IMG/VR virus record: IMGVR_UViG_3300027711_000002 | Span: 1 to 56,152 of that record | Reading direction: 5' to 3' (one strand) | Source of the DNA: a virus | Taxonomy: Duplodnaviria > Caudoviricetes | DNA: 56,152 nt | Shown here: positions 15,258 to 24,618 of the stretch, in pieces | How positions within the stretch are numbered: the first letter of the stretch is position 1 | Layout: every line of letters starts with the position of its first letter | Program-made: the position numbers and the translations under genes | The notes under the pieces: model-generated | The model's database searches: none | Seen by the model: the letters and a program-made list of their open reading frames with translations, nothing else | What the model was told of the DNA's origin: nothing

Positions 15258-18200
15258 GTGCAGGGAGAACTGGGAGTCGTACACGAGGCCGTGGCCTCTC
15301 TGCGCGTGGACGGCGTTCAGGACTCGTACCGGCTCAACCCTCCGGGCTGGGCCAAGGACGTGTTGGGTGTGCACCTGTGGTCGAAGCAGCGCGAGATCAC
15401 CGAGTCGGTGCGTGATCACAAGCGCACGGTGGTGGCGTCCTGCCACGGCTCGGGCAAGGCCCTGGCTCTGGACACGGAGCTGCCCACGCCCACGGGCTGG
15501 ACCACCATGGGCGAGGTGCAGCCGGGGGACGAGCTGATCGGGGTGGACGGCCGGGCGGCCAAGGTGGTGGCCGTCACCCCTGAGTGGGAGGTGGACACCT
15601 ACGAGGTCGTCTTCTCGGACGGCACCACCATTACCTGCTCGGGCGACCACGAGTGGAACACGCTGCCCGCCAAGGTGCGCAACCGTATCCGGGTACAGTG
15701 CCACCGCGATGACATGGCGGTGGACTGGTCGTTCTGGTGGCACTTGACCGAGACCTACACCACCGTCGAGCTGGCCGAAAGCCTGCGCACGAACACCTAC
15801 GAGCACAACCACGCGGTCCCGCTGCCCAGCGGCATCGAGGGCGTGGAGACGGCGTTCGTGGAGGCCCCCTACGAGATGGCCACACGCTACGGGCCGACCA
15901 ACATGGTGGGGGACAAGCTTCTGCGCTCGGCCAAGTGGCAGCGGTGGGAGTTCATCCAGGGCCTGGCCGACCGCCTCGCGCACGTGGACCGCACGGGGGC
16001 CGTAGTCTTCATGCTCACCGATCCGCTGGACGCCGAGCGCACGGTGGAGCTAGTGCGCGCCTCGGGCAAGGCCATGGTCACGCGCCGCTACGAGGACAAG
16101 TCCGGTAACTGGCGTGTGGTGGCTCGCATCGAGGAGTCGCCGTTCGCGCACAACGCCGACGAGGACGCGCGCTGGAGAGAGCGCAACCACGGCAAGCGGA
16201 CCTACAGCCGCAACACCGCGCGCATGATCGTGGACGTACGGCGTGTGCCCACGGTCAAGACGAAATGCGTCCAGGTGGACGCACCGCACAACCTGTATCT
16301 GGCCGGGCGCGAGATGGTGCCCACGCACAACTCCATGATCGCTTCGGTGATCTCGGCGTGGTTCGTGAGCGTCCACCCGCCCGGCCAGGCCATCGTCATC
16401 ACCACGGCTCCGACCTACCACCAGGTCAACGCCATCCTCTGGGAGGAGCTGCGCAAGCACCACCGGGCGGCCCAGGCAGCGGGCCTACCGCTGCCCGGCA
16501 AGATCACGCAGGACAACCAGTGGAAGCTCAGCGACGGCACGCTCATCGGCATGGGCCGCAAGCCCGCTGACGGCGACGCACACGCCTTCCAGGGCATCCA
16601 CCGGCCCTACGTCCTGGTCGTGATCGACGAGGCATGCCACGACGATCAGACGGACGTACTGACCGACCAGGGGTGGAAGCGCTTTGCTGACCTGGACGGT
16701 AGTGAGCGTCTACTGACGATGGACGCCCAAACCCATGAGGCGTACTACGACAAGCCCGTCAAGCTCGTGTCTAAGCCCTACAGCGGCCCTATGCACTACT
16801 ACAGCGCCAAGGGCCTGAACTACGCGGTGACGCCTGACCACACCATGCTCTACGGCCAGCGCAAGCACGGCAAGCCGTTGGACTGGAGGACGCAGGAGCG
16901 CCAGGAGATCGCCACCTGGAACAACAAGTTCGTGAAGAAGGTGATCGACTGGGGCCAGCCGGACGATGCTGAGCTGTCGGATGACTGGCTGACGTTCCTG
17001 GGCTGGTTCGGGTCGGAAGGGTCGATCAGCAAGGACCTGACGCGCGTGTGCATCACGCAGTCGGCCGAACGCGAGGCGTACCAGCGCATCTTCGAGCTGT
17101 GCGAGCGTCTGGGCTTCAATCCCAAGAAGCACGGTGACCACGTGCTGATCAACTCCACCAAGCTGGCTCGGGAGTTGGCGCAGTGGGGGCGCACACAGCT
17201 CGTGCGCCGTGTTCCCGACTTCGTGCGCAATGCGTCCGCGCGACAGATTGGGGTCTACCTGGACGCCTACGCCGAGGGCGACGGGTACTGGCACGGTACT
17301 CGTGAGGTGATCTATACCAGCTCTCCACAGATGGCTGACGACCTCCAGGAGCTAATCCTGAAGACGGGCATGCCTTCTGTCGTATCCAAGCGTGAGCTGG
17401 CGGGAAAGCAGACCACGTTCCCGGATGGGCACGTGGCTACGTCCTCTGTGGACGGGTACGTGGTGACGAGACCTTACCGGTCCTCCAACGCCAAGATGTA
17501 CAACGAGAATGAGCAGGTCAACCACTACGAGGGCATGGTCTACTGTGCGACGATGCCCAAGGATCACCTGCTGTTCACTCGCCGCAACGGGTACACCATG
17601 TGGTCAGGCAACTGCGGCGTGCCCGAGGAGCTGTGGACCGGCGTCGAGGCCATCACCACCACCGCCAACTCCCGCATCCTGGCCATCGGTAACCCCGACG
17701 ACCGGGACACGGAGTTCGGCCGGGTGTTCCTGGACGAGCGCTACGCCTCGATGTGGAACCGGATCTCGATCCCCGCCAGCGTCACGCCGAACTTCACCGG
17801 TGAACCCGTGCCCATGCCGCTGCCGGACGTGCTGGTGCAGCGGGACTGGGTGGACGAGCGTCGGCGGGCCTGGACCGAGGACGACCCGCGCTACATGTCC
17901 AAGGTCGAGGCGAAGTTCCCCGAGCAGGGTGTGATGAGTCTGTTCGGCCCGGCCGTCCTGGCACGCGGCTTCGACCAGGACAACCTCCCCAAGCCGGACG
18001 GCAAGCTCAAGATCGGCGTGGACCCGGCGCGCTTCGGTGACGACCGCACGACGGTGGTGGCCCGGCGCGGGCGGCTCATGTGGGTCGTGGACTCGTGGCA
18101 GGGCATGGACACCGTGCAGACCGCGCACAAGGTGATGAACCTTGCCGACGAGCTGCGCGAGGTGGACGACAACGGCAAGAAGGCCGAGTTCGACGTGGAG

Positions 18201-18689
18201 ATCCGCGTGGACGTCGTGGGCCTCGGCGCTGGTGTGGTGGACACCCTGGCCTTCGAGCACCGCAAGCTGGAGGCCGAGGGTCAGGCGTGGTTCACCGTCA
18301 TCGAGATGAACGGTGCGGCTGCCCCGCCGCTGGAGCAGGGCGGTTCAGTGCAGGGTTACGGCAACGCCCGAGCGTACTGGTACGACAAGCTCAAGCAGGG
18401 GATGGCCAACGGCAGCCGCCGTGTGGTCGAGCACGAGCTGGCCAGGGACGAGCTGGAAGGCATCCGCTTCAACTACCGCACCTCCAAGATGTACATCGAG
18501 ACCAAGGAGGAGATGCGCAAGCGGGGTGTGAAGTCTCCTGACTACGCGGACGGCATGGTCTACGCCAGCGCAGAGATCTTCGACGGCCCCCAGGACGGGG
18601 ACACCATGACCAGTCCAGCGGAGGACATCGCCAACGCGGAGCTGGAGGAGATGCTGGAGGCCGCCGAGATGATGATCAGCCCGTACTGA
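15258..18689 (+). CDS. terL: Terminase large subunit with two inteins (about 526 aa spliced)
   Basis: Walker A SCHGSGK|S, Walker B VVIDEA|C, IGNP, nuclease GVDPARFGDD and SPDYADG. Confidence 0.95.
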   Translation: MQGELGVVHEAVASLRVDGVQDSYRLNPPGWAKDVLGVHLWSKQREITESVRDHKRTVVASCHGSGKALALDTELPTPTGWTTMGEVQPGDELIGVDGRAAKVVAVTPEWEVDTYEVVFSDGTTITCSGDHEWNTLPAKVRNRIRVQCHRDDMAVDWSFWWHLTETYTTVELAESLRTNTYEHNHAVPLPSGIEGVETAFVEAPYEMATRYGPTNMVGDKLLRSAKWQRWEFIQGLADRLAHVDRTGAVVFMLTDPLDAERTVELVRASGKAMVTRRYEDKSGNWRVVARIEESPFAHNADEDARWRERNHGKRTYSRNTARMIVDVRRVPTVKTKCVQVDAPHNLYLAGREMVPTHNSMIASVISAWFVSVHPPGQAIVITTAPTYHQVNAILWEELRKHHRAAQAAGLPLPGKITQDNQWKLSDGTLIGMGRKPADGDAHAFQGIHRPYVLVVIDEACHDDQTDVLTDQGWKRFADLDGSERLLTMDAQTHEAYYDKPVKLVSKPYSGPMHYYSAKGLNYAVTPDHTMLYGQRKHGKPLDWRTQERQEIATWNNKFVKKVIDWGQPDDAELSDDWLTFLGWFGSEGSISKDLTRVCITQSAEREAYQRIFELCERLGFNPKKHGDHVLINSTKLARELAQWGRTQLVRRVPDFVRNASARQIGVYLDAYAEGDGYWHGTREVIYTSSPQMADDLQELILKTGMPSVVSKRELAGKQTTFPDGHVATSSVDGYVVTRPYRSSNAKMYNENEQVNHYEGMVYCATMPKDHLLFTRRNGYTMWSGNCGVPEELWTGVEAITTTANSRILAIGNPDDRDTEFGRVFLDERYASMWNRISIPASVTPNFTGEPVPMPLPDVLVQRDWVDERRRAWTEDDPRYMSKVEAKFPEQGVMSLFGPAVLARGFDQDNLPKPDGKLKIGVDPARFGDDRTTVVARRGRLMWVVDSWQGMDTVQTAHKVMNLADELREVDDNGKKAEFDVEIRVDVVGLGAGVVDTLAFEHRKLEAEGQAWFTVIEMNGAAAPPLEQGGSVQGYGNARAYWYDKLKQGMANGSRRVVEHELARDELEGIRFNYRTSKMYIETKEEMRKRGVKSPDYADGMVYASAEIFDGPQDGDTMTSPAEDIANAELEEMLEAAEMMISPY
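15459..16331 (+). mobile_element. Ala-start (class 3-type) intein, 291 aa, in Walker A
   Basis: ALALDTELPTP...DHEW...KCVQV...PTHN|S; W-C-T signature; degenerate LAGLIDADG remnant. Confidence 0.88.
16635..17612 (+). mobile_element. Intein, 326 aa, with LAGLIDADG homing endonuclease, after Walker B
   Basis: CHDDQTDVLT...VTPDH...FLGWFGSEGS...YLDAYAEGDG...WSGN|C. Confidence 0.92.
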
Positions 18690-19376
18690 TCACCACTTCA
18701 CGATCAGCCCTTTGGGCGGGGTGCGCGACCAGTCCACGTCGGCGGCCGAGCCCTCGGCCAGGAAGTTGTGCGCACGCCTGCCCTCGGGGCTGGTCGTGCC
18801 GTGGCCGACCAGACTGACGCCGTCCCTGTGCTCGACCAGGCTGGGGTTGGTGTACCAGGTCCGCCACTTCAGCACGTCCCGGTAGTACATCCCCACGCGC
18901 ATGTCGTAGTTCAGACGTTCACGCGGGGTGAGCGAGCACCAGCGCAGCATGGGCTTGATGGTCTTCACCGGTGCGACGATGGCCACACCCCAGCACAGGG
19001 ATTTCGTGGACCACCAGGCGTGGCCCTTCTCGTCGGCGTGTGCGATGTTGCGTTTCACGTGAAACTGGTTGGGCTTGCCGGTGCCGCTGTAGGGAGCCAC
19101 CAACCCTTCCGGCCCCAGGATCTTCAGCGCGTTCTCCAGCCCGGCCACGAGGTCCTGAGCGGGAATGGCGTCGTCCTGGATGACCATGTGCCAGTCGGCG
19201 CTGGGGTCGTGCATCTCCCAGGCCAGACGACCGGTGACCCACCGCTGGCGGGGGTCGGCCGAGGTCTGGGGTTTGGGGTCCCACGCGATGCGCGTGTCCC
19301 CGCCGAGCCAGCCCTGGAGTTCTTCGGCCTCCGCCTGGCGCTGGCGGTGGGCCATGATCGAGACGGAGAGCTTCAT
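18690..19376 (-). CDS. Glycosyltransferase (GT-A-like)
   Basis: IMAH..R, WHMVIQDDA, PSLVEHRD motifs of actinophage glycosyltransferases. Confidence 0.75.
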   Translation of the reverse strand: MKLSVSIMAHRQRQAEAEELQGWLGGDTRIAWDPKPQTSADPRQRWVTGRLAWEMHDPSADWHMVIQDDAIPAQDLVAGLENALKILGPEGLVAPYSGTGKPNQFHVKRNIAHADEKGHAWWSTKSLCWGVAIVAPVKTIKPMLRWCSLTPRERLNYDMRVGMYYRDVLKWRTWYTNPSLVEHRDGVSLVGHGTTSPEGRRAHNFLAEGSAADVDWSRTPPKGLIVKW

Positions 19377-19984
19377 CGGACCTCCCGCTCACGCCACGGG
19401 ATGAAGCCGCACACGGCCAGGCGGTCGAACAGCACGGGCTCGGAGAGCACGTCCTTGTCGACCAGCCCCTGGACAGCGGCGGGAACTCCCGGATGCGACT
19501 CGTTGTGGTCATCGAAGGCGATGACCGCGTCCTCGGACAGGTGCTTCTCCCAGGCGGCGAAGTCCTTGCGGACAGCGTCCTGGCGGTGGTCACCGTCGAT
19601 GAACAGCAGGCCGACCTTGGGGCCGTGCCACTGCTGGCCGACCTCCACGGAGAAGCCCTGGATCATGGTGACGTGCTCGGTCAGACCCATCTCCCGGATC
19701 TGGCGCTCCGCGTCCTCGCGGATGCTCGGGTCGGTGAAGTCCAGACCGCCCCGGCCCCGCCCGGTAGTGGTGCGGTATCCGGGCAGGTCGTGAGGGTCGA
19801 TGGTGTAGACGTGCGCACCGAACCCGTCGCGTGCTCCGGCCCCCAGCCAGCAAGCCGACGCACCTCGATAGGTGCCGATCTCGATGATGACTTCGTCCTC
19901 GGGGACCATGGCCGCCAGCTCGTACAGCGGCTCCAGCGTCTCCAGCGGAGTGAGTGTGCGCAGGTCGCGCAGCTTGTCCTTCAC
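19373..19984 (-). CDS. Class I SAM-dependent methyltransferase (Methyltransf_24-like)
   Basis: IEIGTYRGAS, LLFIDGDH, IAFDD. Confidence 0.9.
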   Translation of the reverse strand: MKDKLRDLRTLTPLETLEPLYELAAMVPEDEVIIEIGTYRGASACWLGAGARDGFGAHVYTIDPHDLPGYRTTTGRGRGGLDFTDPSIREDAERQIREMGLTEHVTMIQGFSVEVGQQWHGPKVGLLFIDGDHRQDAVRKDFAAWEKHLSEDAVIAFDDHNESHPGVPAAVQGLVDKDVLSEPVLFDRLAVCGFIPWREREVR

Positions 19985-20616
19985 AGCTCGCCTTTCGCGA
20001 TGAGGTCAGTGCGGTTCTGCCAGTGGTGCTTGGTGTACGCCTCGCCCACCGGCTTGGTGTCGCGCTGGTCCAGCTCGGACCAGTGCAGCGGGTAGATGAG
20101 TCCTGCGTCGAGAATACGCACGTCGGGAATGCGGCGTGCAATTCGGGTGATGTAGTGCGCTCCGATCTGACGGTTCACTCGGGCTCGGGGCTGTGCGAGT
20201 ACGGACCTGCGGAGTCCGGCGAGGATGGCAGAGATGTAGCGGCCACGGGGCACTGTGCCGAGGAAGGCGTTGTTGATGTAGGTGCGGTCCTCGCGGGCCA
20301 CGACCGCGTTGCACCCCTGCACCAGAGGCTCGATGGACTTCAGCGGTTCGAGGTCGCAGTCGATGTAGAGGCCGCCTTGGTCGCACAGCAGCTCGTAGCG
20401 GGCCAGGTCCGACTTCCACTGCCACGGGTTCGAGGCCGGGCTGTACTTCTCGGGCTGGTCGAATAGGTCCTGGTTGCGCAGCTCGGGCAGCGTGTCCGGT
20501 GACCAGACCTTCAGCTCCCAGTCCGGGTGCAGGTCCTCCCACCTGCGGAGGTAGCTGCGCAGGTGCGCTGGCATCGGCGGGCCGCCCCAGAAGGCGTGGA
20601 GAATCTTCGGTATCAT
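19981..20616 (-). CDS. Glycosyltransferase family 32 (DXD)
   Basis: MIPKILH..W, SDLARYELL..GGLYIDCD, INNAF; probable leaderless start. Confidence 0.9.
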   Translation of the reverse strand: MIPKILHAFWGGPPMPAHLRSYLRRWEDLHPDWELKVWSPDTLPELRNQDLFDQPEKYSPASNPWQWKSDLARYELLCDQGGLYIDCDLEPLKSIEPLVQGCNAVVAREDRTYINNAFLGTVPRGRYISAILAGLRRSVLAQPRARVNRQIGAHYITRIARRIPDVRILDAGLIYPLHWSELDQRDTKPVGEAYTKHHWQNRTDLIAKGEL

Positions 20617-20725
20617 GTCACTGATGTTACACTCCGGCCCCCGGACATAGCACAGGCCCGGAGCCGAAGCTACCGGGCCTGGTACCATGGGGACTGTCTA
20701 GTTTCCCTACGGGTGAGGATACCCC

Positions 20726-21478
20726 ATGTCCATCAGTAGTGAAGTCCTGGTTGAGTCTCGCACCATGCGCTCCCAGTTCACTGACCGCTTCGACGTTCTC
20801 GACAAGGCTGGCTCGCTGAGCCTTCTGCCGGACAACACCCACGCCACTACTGAGATGGTGGCGCGCTTCTACGAAGTTGATGTAGAGGTGGTGAAGAAGA
20901 TAGTCCAGCGCAACCGAGAAGAGTTGGAGAGCAATGGGTACCGGGTTCTTCGGGGCCAGGAGCGCACTGACTTCGTAAGGGACAACATGTCCCTTACACT
21001 CCCGGCTGCTCGCCACCTGGCTCTTTTCAACCGCAAGGCCATCCTCAACGTAGGGATGCTCCTCACCGAGTCGGACGTAGCTCGCAAGGTCCGGGCCTAC
21101 CTCCTCAGTGCTGAGGAGATGTTGACTGACGAGCAGCGTCGGCAGGCATGGCTGCGGTCACGTCTTAGCGGGATCGAAGCTCGTAACTCCTTCACCGAAA
21201 CCCTCAAGATCATCTACGAGATGAGCGAGACGTCCAAGTCCTTCGGCATTTGGGCCTCCACCTTCACCACGATGATGACCAAGGCCACCCTGAAGATTGA
21301 CCACGCTGAGTTCAAGGCTCTGAAGGCTGAGGGTGGTGGCAACGCTCGCAACGCCATGACCGAAGACCAGCTCAAGCGCATGGACATGGCTGAGCAGTTG
21401 GTGCGCAGCTACGCACAGCTCAAGGATGCCGACTCGATCAAGAAGCTGTACCACGAGGCCAAGGAGCTGATGAACTGA
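20726..21478 (+). CDS. Antirepressor-like DNA-binding protein
   Basis: ATTEMVARFYEV...RKAILNVGMLLTESDVARKVRAYLL. Confidence 0.6.
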   Translation: MSISSEVLVESRTMRSQFTDRFDVLDKAGSLSLLPDNTHATTEMVARFYEVDVEVVKKIVQRNREELESNGYRVLRGQERTDFVRDNMSLTLPAARHLALFNRKAILNVGMLLTESDVARKVRAYLLSAEEMLTDEQRRQAWLRSRLSGIEARNSFTETLKIIYEMSETSKSFGIWASTFTTMMTKATLKIDHAEFKALKAEGGGNARNAMTEDQLKRMDMAEQLVRSYAQLKDADSIKKLYHEAKELMN

Positions 21479-21663
21479 TGGAGCGTTCTGATGAGGTTGT
21501 CAAGAACTTGCAGGCCATGGAGTTGGCGCTGAACGCTGTGAAGGACGCGGCTGAGCGTGATGGATTGTGGGATGACAACGCGGCTGCCGAGGTAGTGACT
21601 ACCCCATACGGGGAGTTCACTGTGGATGGGCAGGGGCAGTACAGCTTCACCTGGTTCGCTTAG
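21478..21663 (+). CDS. Hypothetical protein
   Basis: TGATG overlap; AAGGAG upstream. Confidence 0.65.
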   Translation: MERSDEVVKNLQAMELALNAVKDAAERDGLWDDNAAAEVVTTPYGEFTVDGQGQYSFTWFA

Positions 21664-21669
21664 AACGGG

Positions 21670-21698
21670 TTGCGGACTGAATGGCCAGTAGGTAATGT
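21670..21698 (+). promoter_or_regulatory. Promoter upstream of the tRNA
   Basis: TTGCGG-17 nt-TAATGT. Confidence 0.6.
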
Positions 21699-21790
21699 GA
21701 GTTCTGCGAGCGAAGGATCTCCTACCACCCATGGTCCTCTGCTTCACTTCTCACTGGGGGCGGTACATCTCCGGAGGTACCGCCCCGCAA

Positions 21791-21863
21791 CTGCGTGTAG
21801 CTCAATGGGTAGAGCACCCGGTCTGGGACCGGGAGGTTGTTGGTTCAAGTCCAGCCAGGCAGG
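21791..21863 (+). tRNA. tRNA-Pro(UGG), atypical
   Basis: Cloverleaf: D arm GCTC/GAGC, anticodon stem CCCGG/CCGGG with loop TCTGGGA, T loop TTCAAGT; C33, G5:G68 mismatch, G73, no encoded CCA. Confidence 0.85.
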
Positions 21864-21885
21864 CACATTACGGATGAGGGGGAAG

Positions 21886-21919
21886 AAGGCCCGGCAGCCT
21901 GGTAACTGCCGGGCCTTTC
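21886..21919 (+). terminator. Hairpin after the tRNA
   Basis: AAGGCCCGGCAG/CTGCCGGGCCTT. Confidence 0.7.
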
Positions 21920-21960
21920 CCATGCCGTTACACTGGCCTCACCAGATGAAGGGGAGGACC

Positions 21961-23421
21961 ATGAGCGAGCAGGTGATGACAGGTGGTCGAGACCTGTCTC
22001 AGCTCGATGATCCGCAGGTGCGGGAAGTCATCGCGGAGCTGGAGCATCGCAACGAGGAACTGACCGAGTCCATGGCCCAGCTTGTGCTGGCGGTGGACGA
22101 CATCGGATGGAAGCCGCTCGGGCCGCTCCAGTCCGAAGAGGAGATGCCGCTCGACACGCTGAAGCGGGCGGCCGAAACCTGCCGGGCGCTGGTCACCATC
22201 AACCCCCTGGTCAAGCGTGGCATCGCTGTGCGCACTTCCTACATCTGGGGCAAGGGTGTGAAGATCGGTGAGCCCAACGCGGCCTGGCGCACACCCTCAG
22301 TGAACCGCACCTTCGGCACCACGCTGGCCCAGCTCGAACTGGAGCGTACGGCGGCCAGCGACGGCAACCTGATCTTCCTGGTGGACGCGGCCCGGCGCAC
22401 GGTGCAGCGCATCCCCTTCTACCAGATGAGCGGCGTCGTCACGGCGGTGGATGACACGGAGACGGCGCTGTACTACAAGCGCACGTACACCCGGCGAGCG
22501 ACCAACCTCTCGGACTACAACACCTCGGCCCCGGCCGAGGAGCAGGTCGAGGTCTGGTACCCCTCCGACGAGCTGGACACTGCGCCCGTCTCCCGTATCG
22601 GGCAGGTCCAGGTGGACGCCAGCAAGCGCATCGTGCACGTGGCCTTCAACCGCCAGGTCGGCTGGACGTGGGGTGTGCCCGACGTCTTCGCCGTGGTGTT
22701 CTGGTCCAAGGCGTACAAGGAGTTCCTGGAGAACTGTGCGACGCTGGCCAAGGCATATGCCCGCTTCGCCTGGAAGGTCACCAGCTCCACGAAGAAGGGC
22801 CAGCAGCGCGTCTCCAGCAAGCTGGCCACGGCACCCTCGCACGACCCGGCTACGGGCCGTGTGGCGGACGTAGGGGCCGCCGTCAGCCTCGGGGCCAACC
22901 AGGACGTGCAGGCCCTCCAGACTGTGCGCCCTGTGGACTTCAGTGCTGGGCTGCCGCTGGCGTCGATGATCGCCGCTGGGCTGGAGATCCCGCTGCCGAT
23001 GCTGACCTCGGACCCAGGCTCGGGCAACCGGGCCACAGCCGAGACGCTGGACACGCCGACCAACACGGCGATGGAAGCGCGTCAGCAGCTCATGGACGAC
23101 GCACTGCGGCGTGTGCTCAGGGCTCTGGGCGTCGGTGAGGTCGAGCTGGACTGGCCGCCGGTCTCGGAGGACCCGCTGCACCGCCTGATCCAGGCGTACG
23201 ACATGGCGGGACGCACGGGTGTGCTCTTCCCCCAGGAGTGGCGCGAGTTGATCCTGAAGGCGGTCAAGCTGGAGACGACCACGGTCGAACCACCCACCGA
23301 GGACGAGCTGCCCCTGGCGGTCAAGAACCAGACGGCACCGCCCGAGCAGGTGGACCCGATGAGCCGTGGCGACCACGAGCTGCGGGACGAGGGTGGCCAG
23401 GCGCACACGGACGAGACATGA
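21961..23421 (+). CDS. Portal protein
   Basis: Position between terminase and head genes; NPLVKRGIAVRTSYIWG; start reassigned to ATG after GGGGAGG. Confidence 0.88.
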   Translation: MSEQVMTGGRDLSQLDDPQVREVIAELEHRNEELTESMAQLVLAVDDIGWKPLGPLQSEEEMPLDTLKRAAETCRALVTINPLVKRGIAVRTSYIWGKGVKIGEPNAAWRTPSVNRTFGTTLAQLELERTAASDGNLIFLVDAARRTVQRIPFYQMSGVVTAVDDTETALYYKRTYTRRATNLSDYNTSAPAEEQVEVWYPSDELDTAPVSRIGQVQVDASKRIVHVAFNRQVGWTWGVPDVFAVVFWSKAYKEFLENCATLAKAYARFAWKVTSSTKKGQQRVSSKLATAPSHDPATGRVADVGAAVSLGANQDVQALQTVRPVDFSAGLPLASMIAAGLEIPLPMLTSDPGSGNRATAETLDTPTNTAMEARQQLMDDALRRVLRALGVGEVELDWPPVSEDPLHRLIQAYDMAGRTGVLFPQEWRELILKAVKLETTTVEPPTEDELPLAVKNQTAPPEQVDPMSRGDHELRDEGGQAHTDET

Positions 23422-23423
23422 CA

Positions 23424-23459
23424 GAAGCCCGGGGAGGACAAGTCAACTCCCCGGGCTTC
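23424..23459 (+). terminator. Hairpin after the portal gene
   Basis: GAAGCCCGGGGAG/CTCCCCGGGCTTC. Confidence 0.7.
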
Positions 23460-23664
23460 AACACAAGGCTGATCAGTCCGCCCCACGGACGCACTCGTGC
23501 CCAAACCCTCAGTCGCGGCCCTCGCGTGCGCGGGGGCGGGATTCATCGGTTTGATGTCGAGGAACACGATACCCGAGTTTCGTAGCGGGGGAAACGTTTC
23601 ATTACGTTGCTCGGTTACGTTACGCTATTGATGTCGAGTACCATACGCGCGAGGAGGAGGTGAC

Positions 23665-24615
23665 ATGGGACAGCAGGCCGTACTCCATGAGGCGACCGCC
23701 AAGGCCAAGGCCACCGAGAGCAAGGGCATCTGGCGGATCAAGCTCATCGAGGGGGACGTGCACGGCTCGTCCGGGTACTACCCCGCCTCCGTGCTGGAGC
23801 GCGATGGTGCCACGGCGTTCCCGGCCGGGACCCACATCTACCTCGATCACCCCACGTGGGAAGAGGACTGGCAGCGGCCGGAACGATCCGTCAAGGATCT
23901 GGTCGGTGCCATGACCGAGGCAGCGCAGTACGAGGACGACCCCGTCGAGGGGAAGGGCCTGTACGCCAAGGTCAAGTTCCGTGAGTCTGTGCGAGAGGAC
24001 GTCGAGTTCTACGCGGAGACCGCCGGGATGTCCATCCGGGCCATCGGTATCACCGATGAGAGCCCGGCCACGGGGGAACTGATCGTGACCGAACTGGTCG
24101 AGGGCCTGTCGGTCGATATCGTCACCCATGCGGGTGCAGGAGGGAAGTTGGTCAGTATGGCCGAGAACGCCCGCAAGGGCACGGAGTCGGGTACCGAGCA
24201 GCGTGAGCTGTTCGCCCAGCTCACCGAGAAGGACAAGCAGGGCCTGGCCAAGCTGTTCGAGTCGATCACCGCGCTGTCCGAGCGCTTCGACCGGCTGGAG
24301 CAGAAGGCGGCCGAGCACGAGCAGAAGGTGGAGGAGGCCAACACCCTCACCGCTGCGCAGCTCATCGAGAAGCTGGACGCCACCGACCTCCCGGCCGTGA
24401 GCCGGAAGCGTCTGGCCGAGGCGTACAAGCCCGGCGACGACTTCGACGCGGCCATCGCCGCCGAGGTCGAGTACTTCAAGCAGGTGCAGGAGTCGGTCAA
24501 GCCCGAGGGCAAGGGCCACGACACCAACACCGGCACTGGCACCGGCACCGTCCGTGAGGCGGCTGCGGGCGGCCGGGACGCCTACAAGAACGCCTTCGCG
24601 CAGATGGGCTGGTAG
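23665..24615 (+). CDS. Capsid maturation protease / scaffold fusion
   Basis: GSSGYYP, YLDHP, GMSI, SVDIVT.AGAGG followed by a coiled-coil C-terminus. Confidence 0.85.
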   Translation: MGQQAVLHEATAKAKATESKGIWRIKLIEGDVHGSSGYYPASVLERDGATAFPAGTHIYLDHPTWEEDWQRPERSVKDLVGAMTEAAQYEDDPVEGKGLYAKVKFRESVREDVEFYAETAGMSIRAIGITDESPATGELIVTELVEGLSVDIVTHAGAGGKLVSMAENARKGTESGTEQRELFAQLTEKDKQGLAKLFESITALSERFDRLEQKAAEHEQKVEEANTLTAAQLIEKLDATDLPAVSRKRLAEAYKPGDDFDAAIAAEVEYFKQVQESVKPEGKGHDTNTGTGTGTVREAAAGGRDAYKNAFAQMGW

Positions 24616-24618
24616 CAG

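Noticed and set aside
21670-21960. N-terminal extension of the portal ORF
   Set aside because: This stretch holds a promoter, the tRNA and hairpins; the ATG at 21961 has a good SD.
23460-23660. Possible ncRNA between the portal and protease genes
   Set aside because: Only short TTACG repeats and weak stems; more simply a late promoter region, and no specific structure could be supported.
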